From Catajapyx aquilonaris (Eukaryota), in NCBI GenBank assembly GCA_000934665.2, contig KZ537955.1, forward strand, positions 62,001 to 126,000: a DNA stretch of 64,000 bases, read 5' to 3'. The number at the start of each line of letters is the position of its first letter. Position 1 is the first letter of the stretch. Shown in pieces: positions 13,401 to 28,400 of the stretch. The notes beneath the pieces are model-generated. The model worked only from the letters and a program-made list of their open reading frames with translations, did not search any database and had not been told where the DNA came from. A program made the position numbers and the translations under genes.

Positions 13401-16400
13401 GGTTTCGAGATATTCGTGCACCCTTCTTTTTCTTTTTTTCCCCCTCTCTGGAGTCCAATCGCGCCAAGTTGAGTCATGCATTATTTTAATGGCGGAGGCA
13501 TGTGGGGGCCCAACCCCAACTCCATGATTGCCCGCTCCATTAAATCCCTGTTTTTCATCCTCAGCAATGTTTTTTTTCTCTTCTTTTTTTTTCTGTGCAT
13601 TGTGCCAGGCTGGTGTGTATGAAATATGCAGAGGTGTCTAGGGACACTGTTATTGTCTTTGGTTTTAGTCAGGGTGATAAATGTGCGCGTACTGTTGACA
13701 AGGCTGCTTTCATTCGCAATGAGTACATTGAAAAATTGTCATTTTTTTTTTTGAGCGGCAAGGCGTGAATGTGCGTATTGTCAGCCCCCCTTTTTTTCCA
13801 GGTTGAAATGGCTGGTCTATTAGGATTTTATCGTGCGGTTGACTCTTTTCCAGCAAGTTGCCATTATGACGCTGCTTAGCGGAACAGAATCAGTGCACAA
13901 AGGATACTGTCGGAATTCCTACAAACCCCCTCCCACTCCCCAAGCGGCCTGTACGTGTTCGGGAATGAATGAAATGTAAACACCGATTGCACTTTGATCC
14001 GCTCTCCCTGTGTTGGTGAGTTTGGGATGGGGGGAAGCAACGATCAAAGCCCGGAATCCCCCACCAACCGCCACAACTACTACAAAATGTAATGGCAACA
14101 ATGCGATAGCTATTTTGGCACAACCCATCAATTACTTGGATTACAGAGAGGGGATACCCCCCCCCCCCAAAAAGAGTAGGCAATTTTACCTTTTTGAGCT
14201 AGGATCGTAGAATCATCAAAGAAGCTGTCGCCTAGTAACCCCCCTAGTTTTTTTAAGCTTTTCCGGCTGTCATGGGACGCGGCATATGCGACCACTGAAG
14301 CTGTGGTGTTTCTATCTGGAAATTCCCGGAGATGAGAGTAAGGAGGTTGAAGTTGGGGCGGTTGGAAAGAGAGAGAGGGGGGGGGGGGAGAGATGAGCTG
14401 GTCACAAAAGCCCCCGAGGGGGAAGAGAAAGCTCCCATTTGCTTTCTGTTGCAGGCAGACGGAAGAGAAGGGGGGCTTTTTGGACTTGGGGGAGTTGGGG
14501 GAGGAAGGGGTTAGAAAAAGGAGAGAATGTTTTGCAGGCGAAATGGCCAAGCCCGATGCTTACATTCCGCGTGAATTTTTCGTAGGAAAAATGGCGGATC
14601 ACACGCATACCAAAAAAAAAAATGAGGTGTTCTCAAGTTGCTCGGTTTTTTTGTGTGTTTGAAGGGACCAGCAGAGCATGTCGGACGGTTGGAGCCTCCG
14701 GCTACCTTTTGCAGACAGGATGACAACGGGGGTAGAAAAAAAAACCATATAACGGGGTGTTGGGTGGGCAGGGGCTAGGTAATGATACAAAAAAGAGAGA
14801 GAGAGGGGGGGGGGGNGGGGGGGGGCGAAACACGAGGCGAACACGTTTTGGAGTGGATCAAGGCACCATTTCGTTACAATTTGGTTTGCATAACTAACGA
14901 GCTGCAAATAGGGCTTGATGTAATTGCGATTACCTGGCGTATGAGGCACTCGGGGGATGAAATATTAATTTATTATTGCATTTTTCGTGCACCGCAAGGT
15001 TGAGGGTATTGCACCTTATCACTGTATCAGTCACCTGCACTGTTTACATTGAGCCCGAATACGTCAATATGGCCTGATAATAAGTGATGCAACTACTGAT
15101 AAATTGTAAAGTTAAGGCCACATTGTCCCCCCCTGCACGAGAGAGAGAGAGAGAGTTAACAAAAATAAATTAATCAATTAGCACTTTCACCCTGGGGACA
15201 ACATTTGGACCTCCCTGCCAATATGTTGACAACTGGCATATATGCAACATGTTTTAAAACAAATGTTGTGGTTCGTGTGCACAATTATTATGCCAACCAT
15301 TACTAATACAATTTATAATTACTCGCTATTTTATATGAACCTGGCGTTAAGCGTATATATGCGGTGATTTGGTGCCTCATGTCCTGTAACCTAGATCCTC
15401 ATAACGGCAGCCATCTTCGCACTGTGCAGGTAACGTGTCATACAGATAAAACTACCCAATCATTGCTTGAGAGGCAAGTAGTTTACCCTGGATGAGAAGG
15501 AAGGGGGCCACCACCCTTCTTTTTATCGGCGTTGCGTGATCTGAAACTGGACTGGTTGTGTTGAAGAGATGCAGCACATGGTTGATTGACCCTCCGGAGG
15601 TCAACCGTCTTGCAATCGTGCATATGTATTGTCGCCTCGACCTGGGTGGGGGGGAAGAAAATGGAAAAGAGATGGGAAAGAGTCAGCTGGAGATCAAGGT
15701 GCACCATTCCACCCCCCCTTTTTGGGGCTGCCAGTCATAAATAATCCGGGGAGGGATGGAATCCGGAGGGGGTTTGGCTGTATTCTGTCGCGTGACGGTT
15801 TTGTTGAGGCGTGGGGGAGAACCTCAAGAATAATGAGGGCAGCCCCAAGAGCTGTTTGTTGCCCAGGATTGAATAGGGAACCCACAACTTTTGGGAGGGG
15901 TGCTTCCAATTTCCATGCTCTCTTTTTTGTGTGTGTGCGCGCACCAAAGGCTAATAATTACAGTTACACTTAAAAAGGGCTGCGGTTAACCTTGCCAGTT
16001 TTGTGCAGCCATGTCCTCCCCCCCCTCTCTCGTGTGTTTTGCACGGACTACAAAAAAAAGTGGAATTGGTCTGCAGTTAATTAGCAGCGTGGCATGAAGA
16101 GCAGGCATTGATTTCCAGCCACCCCCCGCACCACCCACCCTCATAAAAGCCGGGTTGCAGTGTACAAAATCCCGAAGCAAAACATGTCGTGCGTGGTTGC
16201 ACCCTGCGGTATTTTTAAGTGAAACTTTTCAGTGTAATTCCAGCCCAGATTATAAAACCCGAGCTGGCTGCTGCTGCTGCTACTACTTTTTTTTTTCGGA
16301 AACCAGTGTAATGATTTTTTTTTTGTACCCACCTCTGGTCGAATGGCGGCTCCATCATGAAGTAGTAAATCTGAGTTCCCGTTTTTCTATGGGCAATAAT

Positions 16401-19400
16401 CCTCTCAAAAGTTTTCGGCTGGTATGCAATTATTGTGCACGTGTAAATCATGCAGGCTGACGGTCTAATTGCGACGATGGTATTACCCCGGATTGGGTCG
16501 CGAGCTAGCCTTGAACCAATAGTGTTGTTAGAGTGGCAACTATCGTAGCCTAAAAATAGAGCGTATCTCTGTCCCTATGGCGTGCGTTTGTAACGTTTTT
16601 ATGATGCACACTGGTTCATTCTCTCTGTCCAGTGCCGTTAACCAGTCCCTTCTTGTTTTTCAGACCAGGGGTGTACGGAGCAAAGTGGTTAGCAGGGGCC
16701 TGAGCAACCGGAAGTCCCGTTCTGCACGTCCTCTGAATGCATCGCTGCCCACCCGGGCCCACAAAGGTAAGGGGGCAACTCTTCATTTGCCCTTGGTCCT
16801 CCTTCAAGGGTATATTTTTTTGTGTGTTCAACTGCTTTAGAAGCGGAGGGGGGTGCAGGTGCGATGCTACTTGGGGGCTAGAGAGGAAGTCCGTCACACT
16901 TGTTTATCATGGGAGGAGATAAACACAATGGGAGATCCCACGTTGCAATCGGAATGTGCAGGGTGACGTAATCGATGTGGATCACTCTACAGGTGAGTGA
17001 CGTTTGATCTCTGCCCTCTCTAGCCCCCTGCAGAGGTAGTAAATACGGTTATCGCGTTTTTCATGGTAGAAAAGAGCAACATAGGCACGTCCAACACGGC
17101 CGTGACTATACTTAGTAGAGGGGGGAGAACCCGAAAAGAGCCCTTTTTGTAGGTGCGATGTCCCCTAGACATTGGCCGGGTGCCCATCAGCTTCACAACA
17201 TTTGAACAGAGATAAGCCTGGTGCGTGTTGGATACACATTACAGGCTGATAACTCTGTGGAGTTGGCTCAAGATATCTTGCAAAATGGGCTGGATAGAAA
17301 GAGAGAAAAAAGATGGTGGCTGTAAAATTCCTCCAAACGCTGCCCTGAACAATCGAGGGCACTAGGACAATTAATTGTCTTGTGCGACTCATAGCCTTGA
17401 ATCGATTCAAGCCACTCCCTTTTTACACATAATGTCATGATTGCGGGTCTATCCCAAGGGTACGGAATTCCACTTTTTTTTTATCTGTTGCTGTTTCCCA
17501 CGACCCCCGGGTGCATTTTTAAAAAAAGCGATGGGGTCCGAAAAGGGGGAAGGTATGCCCCCCTCCCATTGGAAAACCAGCTGCTGTTGTAGTTTGATCT
17601 CCCTTTGACCTGGCCGAGTCCTATTGATTTGGGGGTGCGATGTGTGCGACAGCGGGTGGCACGCATGGCCCATTGTTATCATTTTTTTTTTCCTCTCCTA
17701 CTATTCCCTCGGAGGGTTCCGGGGTTGTTGCCACCTGCTCTCTCGAAAAGACCTTGGTCTCGACTTGTGTGCGGCAGAACACTTTTTTTTGAAGCCTGGT
17801 GATTTGGTATGCAGGAAGAGGGTTTTGACCTCGGGTAATCCCTCGCCACATGCAAACTTTTGTGACTATTAAAACCTAGCTGGACGATTTTTAGGAGGCA
17901 CTTGCGGCAAGTACGCACGTACTGTTATTTTTAGACTCTTGATCCTTGAATTTATAGCCCGCTTTTATACAGAAGCCGGTTTTTTTATTTTGTTTACATC
18001 CTCATCCCTCCCCCCTCTGGTTTGACCAGGCCCACTGCCAAAAAAGCATGGCAGGTATCTTTCAGCTGCCAGTAATTTTAGCCGCTAGGAATGCAACAGC
18101 TGCCTGTCCCGACATGGTTATTTTGAAGCCCCCAACCATGCCTTTTCATTTGGCGATCTGTCCTCGAGGTTTATATGCAAGCCTGCTGGCACCATGCCCA
18201 CTGTGCAGGTTGATCAACGTGGATTCTCTCTCATTTTTTAAAATTTTTTTTTGGGCGCGCACACATATATCTCGCCCATTCCTGGTGAGCATGGCCGAGT
18301 GCCAAGGATAGGAAAAAGGTCACTGTTTTGAACGTCTCATAGCGCTGTGTCACTGTCAGTATTCCAACGGGAAATCCGGCCAACTTTTTTTTTTTCCATC
18401 TCTCTTCTTCATCGTTGGGCTGTATTAAACTGCCCTCTGTGAATGGCTATAGTGTACACGGTCCCGGTTTTAATTCGCTGCAAGGTCTGGGCTGAAACGA
18501 AAGATCCACCAGCCTCTGAAGGCGGAATCAATCGCTGGATCCAATTAGCGAAAGGTGAAAGCTGGCGTGTCGAATGGCCAGCAAAAACGAGGAAGAGAAA
18601 TAGGACGGTAGATTTTTTGAAGGACACGGTCCCATCTCCTTCATCACGTTACATTACAGGGGAAGGGGGGTGGTGGACGACCCTTTTCCAAAAAAAAAGG
18701 AACATTTTTTCGGGGGGGACCAGTGTTGTCATGCGAGTCCCGTAAAGTCGTGCAAGCGGTGCGCTTAATATTCCAGGAACAGCGGCGCTCAACATGCCCT
18801 TCTGGACCGCTCCTAACCAAATTATGGAGAAGTCGTAGTTTCAACCCCCCCTTCTAACTCCGGGTCTGGGGGAGGGGGAAAAAAATTCGGCAGACCCCCT
18901 CATGGGAATAGCCCGTTTCCAGAACCATTGCATATGTCCGCTGTTATTTGGACAGGGCTCGTAATATGGTGTATTAAGAGTCGGGGAGGTCCCATGCGAG
19001 ATGTACTTAAAAGAGGCTGCTGGGAACGTACAGGATGAAGGTCATGTTCGTATTTTTTATTATAAAAATGGTGAGGGTCAGTTGAGATTATACGTGCCAC
19101 AGATTCATGGCTTCAGAACCTGACATCGTATAACATGTGCATTCCACGTAATTAAGTGAATGAGAAATGAAGCGGTAGCGCAACACTGATGGATATAAGA
19201 AGTTGAGAGAGAAAGAAAGAAAGAAAAAAAATGTTTCGAGCGACTTCAAGGTTGCAGGTGTGAGAAACTGGTTTCTCCGGCCACATGACGCAAGTTGGCA
19301 AGCGCAGCAACACATACACACAGAAGCACATCCCTATCGAGTGGGTCCATCTAACATAATGCGAAGGGTAGCTGACCGTGTCCCAGTTTTCTTCAGCAGA

Positions 19401-22400
19401 AAATTAGTTTCGGTTGAGCAACTAGTTTTGCAAAGCTGTGTGCACGCAACAGGAATTGTCCCCAGCTTTTTTTGAAGCAAGGTCATACTTGTGCAGTTTA
19501 GCGGTTTTCCCACTGCATTACATTTGGGATTTATTTTTAGTGCATGTGCAGTGTGGGAGGGCAACAACACATCGCCAGAGGAGAGATTGCCATTTACATT
19601 ATGCGCAAATATTTGTTCGGTGCTCTAACCTGCGGGCAAAACTGTGTGACTGTTTTGTTCACTTTCCAACCATGCACCCTGGTTTTTTTTTATTCCGCCA
19701 TTTTAACACTAGGTACTTTGACCTGTTAACACATGCGTCACAAAAATCGTGGGGACGCGTCCCCCGACAACCTTTGAGTCGTCTAGAAGAGACGTTGACA
19801 CACACAAAAAATGGCGATTGTGAAATGCCAGACTCTGAACCTGCCGAACCCGAACTAGGGCATTTGTAATGCCCCGATGCAGTTAGATAAAAACTGGCGC
19901 TTAAAACGGCACCACTCGTTTAATCTATAAATAGCATTGCGTAACCACTAAACAAATACATATTTTGCCCCGCAGAATGAATCGAGAAGCACGAATTGCG
20001 TTAGAGGTGACGTCAAGGTTATGTACGGACTCGTTTTGTAATAAAATGACCAGCATTATGTTTAGGACGACTGGAGAGCAAAACGCAAACGTAAACACAC
20101 CGCACGGTATTTATAATTAGTTTATGGCGGCAGAGATTAAATTTTCCAGCCTGATGAAACGGAACTAATTAGTTTAATATCATTTGATAGCGAGTGGGGG
20201 AGTTTAGCCGAGCGTGGCCAAAATGCTTTACCCCGAATTGCCTTATTGCGTGCACTGTTTTTTCTTCTTCAAAGAAGTCCTCAGGTATTCTGTGGCAGCA
20301 GTGTGTGGATTGACACGACCATTGTTGGGTTTTGACACAAGAGCATGCACTAATTTTTTTTGCGTGTTAAATTCAACCAGTGGTGGGGCAGGTGTTGATG
20401 ACTACTATAGCGCGGGTTTCCCTCTTTGTTTGCATTGAAAATGGATTAATTTTTGACGCAGTGTAATTCGTTTTGACATGTTCTGTCAACAGCTTTATTT
20501 ATAAATCGTAATCATGGCGCGAACCACATGAAGGGAGGGGGCGTGCATCCGTTTTGCCATAACTACGGGCTTTTTGAAAAATGTTAATTGCAAACGTAGA
20601 AAATTGATGCCTGAGCTATTGTATATTTGTGTAGCGGTCCAGGTAACTAGAAACTCCCTTTTTGAATCTGCACGCGTGGTGATTCGCAAATGAGTCCCGC
20701 AAATAGAGCCATCCCATGTCATCCAAGGCCACACACAGCTTTCTAGTGTTATGAAAAGTAGGGGGGGAGCTGTTATATGGCCATTTTTTTCTTCCCCTGC
20801 TACAACTTGAAAAGTTCACATCCGAAGAAAGTTGCACGGATAAAACAATAAACAGCAGTTATTTCACCACTGAGGCCGCACTACAAAAAATAATAATAAA
20901 AGGAGCCCCCCTTTTTCCTCACCAACTCCTTTCACGGTCTCCATAACCTGTCACACTTGCCCTTGTGGGGGGACTTTCAACCCTGGTTTCCCAAGAGGGA
21001 GCCATTGGTGCATTGCCACACGCAAAAAAAAAAGAGGAGACCCCCTCATTTCCATCCTGGACTTGTTTTGCCACACACACACACACATACTCTCGAGACA
21101 CATCTATACCCACCCCTACGCACGCCTTCCGCCTATCCATTTTCAACCCCCCTGCCCTCCTCATCCTTATCTTGTTGCAAAAAAAAAGTTGCAAGAAGAC
21201 TAGGAAAAAAAAAAATGTAAGGGAGTCAGCCTTGTATGCAGGTCGGCGGAAAGCTGTTGGTCACGCGAAACTTCACGGCCCGTTAAAGTCTGTGCTGGTT
21301 GGAGAGGATTGGGTGCGGGGTTGCCTTGTTGCTTTTTGCTGCAGGACGCCCCCGATTTCGAGTTTTATATACCGACGCCACCCACTCGCTCAGTGCAGCA
21401 CGGCGTCGTCGATAAAACCGACGCCGACATGTGTACGCATACACATTGCAGGATAGCCGGCTTGGGAGGTATAGAGGAGGGGGGGCAGCAATAACAGTGT
21501 GAAATTTGGCAACCCTGTAGTTGCATGCTGGCTTGGGATTGGAGGCTTCCGATGCCAGGTAGCCCCCAGTCGGAGGACAGACTTGGCACAGTGTGAACGT
21601 GTAAGTGGAGGACTCGTCGTTTGTGTGCATGTGTGTAGTGTTAGTGGATTGTTTAGTGGACGGAAACACTACTCGACCGATATGGAGGAGGTTAGTGCAT
21701 AAAGGTTTTCCTTAAATGTGTATGTGCTGGGATGAAAAAACCGAGGCCAGATCCGCAAAATGTTAATTGCGAAACGGATTTTCCGCGTGGAGAAGTTTAG
21801 AAATGTGGCCCACAAGTTGGAAAACTCTTCGCAGCTTGTGAGGTTGTTTTTTCGGTAGTGTTTGTGTCCAGGGTCAACGTTCCTTTGGCAATATAATCCA
21901 TCGAGGAAGCTGGCAATGAGTAACACACTGCTAACAGTGCTAATATTAGTGTGGGATCTCCCTATACAAAATGGGCTGCATTGCAGCAACTTGGAATTTT
22001 CTAGTGCTCTATTTTCCTAATTAGTTTGATTACATATCGCGCGGTTGGAGGGATAAAATGTATCAATGTCACCATGCTGGAGATAAGATTTGTTAAGCAG
22101 CCGGTTAAAGTGAAACAACAGCCTCACCTTGGTAGGTGGTAAGGTAGTGTGGAGGCATAAAAAAAGGCAAAAAAGAAAAAGGAGAGGTCAAGGACTGGCT
22201 GGAATTCCACCCTCGACTCCGACATGGCTTCTGTTGGAAGTGCTTCAAACCCCTAGACTTTGGCTTTGGGCCCGGAATTTCGCGTGTATGTGTGCCCCGG
22301 AAATAAGCTAATGAAGAGCTGGAATCAAAGGGGAGGCCGGGGGATGCCTGCAGACCACGGGACTTTTTGTACCCTCTATCTCTCATCCCCCCCCCCCTCT

Positions 22401-25400
22401 CTCTCTCATCCTGCCCCAACGCGGCTTACTCTACCGAACTAACTAACTAACCAACCAAAGTTGATATCTCCGCCCTGCCGAGAATGTTAGTGACAGTTGG
22501 GGGTGGTAGGGCTGGGCCAGAGAGAGAGAGAGCTTTAGGATCGATACGAGTTTCCTGACTTCAGCTTGGATTTTGGGGTGTGCCAGGGTTGGACCATGCC
22601 CCCTCGTAATAATAAATAAATAAAATAAAATAGTGTGGCAGAATCAGTCAAGGACATGCCATTATGCAAGCTTGTTTTTGCTTGACCTCGCTGGCTGGGA
22701 ATTGAATGAAGGAAACAACATGTATGCTCCTTTTACTATGAAAGCGTTTTGTGGCTCTGAAGCGAGATATGTGCGTGGGAAGAATGGCATTCGCATTACG
22801 GTGCACCATTGTAGTTGCTGGGTAATCAACCACCTCTCCTAATGACACGTTCAAACAACTGGTCGTTAAACGCTCGTTGTTGAACAGATCGAAACACAAG
22901 AAAAATTTTGCGACATTTTTGTGTGGCATATTGCTCGAAGTAAGCGGGTCACACAATTTTAAAGAGGAATCTTGCCCTCCCGAGTGTGACCACAGCTGCC
23001 CACTTTCAAGGTTGAATTAGAGGACTTTTTTATGCCCAACTTTTTTTTGTAGGGTTATTCCGGTCGGAATGGATGCACCCCCCTGAACCTTGTAGCTGCA
23101 CGCGGCCATTTAGAAAAAGGGAGTGAGAGAGAAAGGAGGGATAGATAGAAGAAGAGAAAAAAAAGGAACAGGAGATAATAATATGGGGAGGGAGAGAAAA
23201 CCGGTTCTAAAAGGGAGACTGGGGTGGCTGCCGGCGATCATGAACCGGCTCGAGACTTCTTTGTCAGGTTGGGGTGGGGTTTGATTTTTTCTGGGGGTAC
23301 GTGTATTTTCTTTTAAATGTGCCAAACATGATGGTTGGGAACTTGACAGAACGTGACCAGCGGCGGGAGGAAGAGGTTGGAAACACTAGGATCCTGAAAA
23401 TGTGTCAGATCATTGTCAGCCATCTTTTACTTCAACCCAAGGCCATGTTATTGCAGGGGGTGAGAGAGAGCTAGTTTGAACCACCGGTGGAATTTTGGCG
23501 ACCTGTTGCGGTTTGGTAGCGGTCGATGGAAAAATTTGTGCTAAAAATCCGTCTTTGTGCCGTTTTTTTTTTTCGGATTAGAATTTTTTCCCATGGGGTG
23601 GAAAAGAAGGGGTGGGAAGAAAAAACAACTCTGCTCTTAACGGTCGCGGCCTGCCAACCCTAACACGTTTCTGAACCTTTCGACTGAAACAAGCATTGTT
23701 CTTTGTTGTTTTATCAGGAAGCTGGATTTCCGGTCAAGGAAAACATCCACTACCGTTCCCTCCCTCTCTTCGCATATATTTTTTTTTCTCATCTGAAAAA
23801 GGTCACCATAATTATGCACTCGGGCGCGCAACACGCCCCGATATGGTAACGTACTTTGGCACTTGCCAAGGATCGACCTTGTCGCCCTTGATGATGGCCT
23901 GACCTACACAGCATCCACTACGTATGTGTCTAGCCTTTTTTTTTCTTTCAATATACAAGTACAGTATATATGGCCCCTGTCAGGATGTGCAGTTCCGCAT
24001 GTTTTGTGAGCTGACATTCAGTCTACATTTTTCATGGCGGTAAACAGCGTAACTCGTGCACTTTAGCAGGCTTGAAGGACAGCACGCATTGTACGTGCAT
24101 GTGTCCGAGGGTTGGCCTGGGAAGCAAATATTTTTGGGTAGGCAGCGATAAGATTAGTAAAGGGAAGAGTGTACAACAGTGTATATCTTTTGCTTACGTA
24201 AGATATCTCCGGGAAGACTTTGTTAGTGAGATAAGGTGTGCTAATGATACAGGTGCATGCCGGGGAGGCGCCAACTCCTGCATTGTGCAATTCAAATTCT
24301 AATGGCTCGAATGACGGTAAAGTTTGCTTGTTGAAAGCGCCCACAAAAATAGCGAAATGCAGCACGTGAAGTCTTCTGAAAGGCTATGGAAAATTACCTG
24401 GAAAAAGAGCATGATGGCAATCTCATGCGAAGCACTACCGCTGTTTTCTTGCGAAACTGTGTGTCCCGAGATCTAAGAATACTCGACTTGAAGAGGGTGG
24501 TAATTAACCCAGTATAAATATCTCCCAGCATCACGTAACTCAACTCTTTAGCTAGGGCCCCGACAATGCCGACCCTAATTGCAAATCTGAGAGACTCGGA
24601 GGGCAGCAAATTGGCCACCCCGGAAGTTTTGCAAGTCCATCTCTGAGGATCGTTGGGAGGAAGCCAGAGGAAGATTACAACAACTGCAAGTTTCTGGAAA
24701 GTTCATCCTCTCAAGTTCGAAAAGACTTTTTTTTTTTGCCAAACCACCAGCCAGGCCTCATATTTGCTTCATAATTGGTGGCAAAATAATGATGGAAAAC
24801 TGCTGGCAAGGACTTTGTTCGTCGACTTATAAGAGTGGAAAAAAAAGTTGGATGTAAATGACCCGCTGGAGGCTTTTTTTTTTAAAAAAAAAAAAGGCGG
24901 GGGGAGATACGGGAATATTGCAGAGCCGGCGAGTTCATTTCCATAGCAGCGCAGGGCTTTTCTGGGAAGTGGCTATTTGGGAGATGGCAAGTGCCAAATT
25001 GTTGGGAGCCCTGCCAACAGGAAGGGTGTGTGTTTTTTTGCCGGGTTGGTATCGCGGTGCTGCAGAGGTGAATTTCGCATTGAGTCATCCCTAATTACTT
25101 GCCAGGTGCCAAGTCATCGACGCTGCGGATAAAGCAACACGCAAAGGGGTGCAATTCAAACTCCCGCGACTAATAGATTTCACGTCAAGGCCGATTATTC
25201 AGATCGAAGTGTGCATGTCTGGCCATGGAAAACTGCTTACGGATTGTTGACCATCTTTTCTTACCCTCCTCCTTAATCAGGAATGGAAATTATTCCAGTG
25301 GGCCGCTAGGATGCGTCTGCTTCCCACGCTGCTGTTTGTTCTCTCAAGCAAAAGATGCGTTTTCATTTTCCAGTCACGGAAGGCTGGAAAATTATGCCCG

Positions 25401-28400
25401 CAGTGTCTAACACTCGTGATGAAACAGTACAGGTTGCTCTGTTGACACTGTCACCTTCCCAAAAAATGACTGGTCGATCAGTGACGTCATATGAATCCGA
25501 ATGTGTTTCCCCGATAACGAGGGATATCGTGACAGTAATCCATGCAACCGTCTCTTTATAGCCAACCTTTGCACAGGGGTTGTGGTCAAAGCAATCCAGA
25601 CAGATGGGGTGACGGGGTCACGAGGCTTGATTCAATTCCTACGCAATCCCTAAGGGGAGATCCATTCGATTTTTTCCCCCCCTCCCACTCTCTACGGATT
25701 TAGACATATTATCGGGGGTTTTTTCCCCTCGACTTTTGCAACGCAACACTGTAATTGCTTGCCCTCGAGCTTTGTTTGGAGACTGGAACGAGCATCGCAT
25801 TTCCCGGAGTTTCAGGTACTAATTGAAGGATGGGTATTGATTCCACGAGTTTTTCTTGCGAGTTGACCTTGTCTGGCGGGTGGATATGTGCCTCTCTTTT
25901 CTTTTAGTAATCTAACCAAAGTTGCTGACATGATGGAAAAGTTCAGCGCCATTCCTCCCACAGGCTGCCATATCATGCAATAAAAATAACGTTAAAAAAA
26001 ATTACGGGGGGCCTCCAGGTAGACTTGGATCGTAAATTTTGGGAGCCAGGGCGTGCCGGTGTGATTGTTGGATATGGTTGGCCTTCATTGGAATTCCCCG
26101 AGTGAAGTCATCTTCGCAGAATATGGCTTTAGGGAACTGGTCCAAAAAGGGGGGGAACGAAGGCGTTTTGGGGGCGTTGTTGCCAGACCATTAGGCAAGC
26201 AATTGGAGCGCATTTTGGGACGGAAACCGTGCAAAATACACACACACACCCACACACACACACTACTCCTTTTCTCCTTCCTTTCACTGCAGTGGGAATT
26301 GGCACTAATTCATTAGCGAATCTCGGCGTTCCAGCACGTAGCACTTTCTTTTCTAGTTGCATGTTATGCCTCCAGGCGAGATTAGAGGGTTTGGAAGGAA
26401 GGCGAAGAGGGAGAGGGGGGGGGGGGGGTATTTTCTCTTCCACTTGACCTCCACTTGGGTTCGTTTGTCTACGCCACAAGCTCAATTGCAGGATCTTGTG
26501 TGTGGAGAGGTGGGAGGGGAAAGGAAGAGCAAACAATGGCATTAGCCGTGACCGTGAGGACACACCAAAATCTGGCCTTGGCCATATTTGCGGATGTGGG
26601 AAAAATACCACCTCTTTTGTCATGCAGATTTTTTATATATATTATAAAAAATTGTAACACTACTCCTTTCCTGGTTGCCCTCCTAGAAGGTCATGTTTCT
26701 TCACATGGGGGGGGGGGGTTTAAAGCTTGGGGGGATAGGAATGGGGAAAAAGTGAGGAAAGGTGGGTTTAGTGTAGACAACAACAACAAAAAAAGAAGGT
26801 TCTCCTTTAGCAGTTGGCCGCAAATAAGGTCCAGCCCGTGGACTGTAATCTATTTTCCCGCCGTAAAAACTGGTCGTCGTTTGGGTCTGACCCTTCCCAT
26901 GAATTTGCACTTTCCCGACCGGTTTTCCTACTTCCCTCCCCACCACCACCTTTTCCACCACCACCTCCTCTATCTTCTCTTCTGGTCGACATCCCAGAGA
27001 AGCCATTGCCACACGTCCACCCTACCCACCCCCTCAGCACACTCTTTTCAGTCTTCCCACCTGTAAGGTAGCATCCTTTGTGTTGGCCTTGGGGTTTGGG
27101 AGAAGACTCCCCCACCACCATAGTCACCCTCTGTATACTCTTTTTTTTTTCTGTAGTGTGTGAAAGGCTGTTGGTCGTGAACAAAGATGGCGGAGGGTGG
27201 TCGTGACCAAACGGGCCAACCCGGTTCTTAAAGAGGGGTTGGTTTGGATGGAGGGGAAGAGGAGGAGGGGGAAAAAATGTATAATAGGAGGATAAAAAAT
27301 GGGAGGGGTTATTGGTCAAGTCCGCAGGGTCGAGGTCAAACGGGTTTCAGGAATTATAATCCGTGTTATGATATTGAGGTGTGTGCGCGCCTTGTAGTTT
27401 AGAGGCCGGCGACGTAACCTGTGCGGAATGCAAAGATGGCTCGCTTAAACACAGCGATATCGCACGATTTTTAACTATATATACAACTAGAAAAACTGTC
27501 CGCTCGCATTTTTCCAGGCCTGCGCTTTGCGGTCGGAAGGTCAAAGGACACCCCTTAGACAATACTAGACACCCTAGAATGCGCCTCTGGGATCTCTCAT
27601 GCTTCCAAGGAAATGACCTCGACAGTATGAGTAAACAGTGTCAACGAAAGGGCTCTGTTTACTCGTATTGTTGTGTGAAGGGAGGCCAATCGAAAGCGTC
27701 ATGGTAACAATATGCGGCGGACCAATCAGCCAAACCAAACAACGAAGGATTTTAATATTATAGAATATCTGAATTCAGGCCAAATTTGCAATTTATCTCA
27801 GAAAAAAAAGGTGCGCATTTTCCCGAGACCGTTCAGAAGGGTGAGAAACGATTTCACATCCTTTTCGTACTAAACTGTGAACGTAACCTGAAGACGACGT
27901 CACGTGGTGTTGGTGCTAATTTTAAGTCCCGTTTGTTTTTATGATTCACTCTATTTGCGTACATTCCTGGAGTGCATGCCCCCTGGCGAGCTTGCGTAAA
28001 TACTGCGAATTCGTAGCGATTCCTCGAAGATAAGCCTGGTTTGTCCTTGAGCTCTCCTCTGTACATGTAGCTCCAATGATCCAACAGGTCTTAAACTCAT
28101 TTTGAAGTCTGCCAATTGCTGTAATTGCACGGAAGCACGCGGTCGGGGTGACGTGTGCGTGCATCTGCACCGGAAGGCGTTACAAACCGCACGAATGAGG
28201 TCATCCCCCAGAAATTTCAGTCAGAAAACCCCCAGGTGCAAAACTTGTGCATTTTCAAAACTAGTGGCTTGCATTTTTTGTTTTGTTTGTTTGTTTGTCC
28301 AAAGTAAAGTGATGAATAGTCTGAGGGGTGGTAAAAACAGCCCTAGAGTCGTCCCCCCTTTTTTTGTTGAAACCCCCCCTCTACCCCCGCGGACAAACGC

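Noticed and set aside
22436..22460. ACTAACTAACTAAC as a STAR/Quaking element or branch point
   Set aside because: Indistinguishable from a short (TAAC)n microsatellite; no exon nearby.
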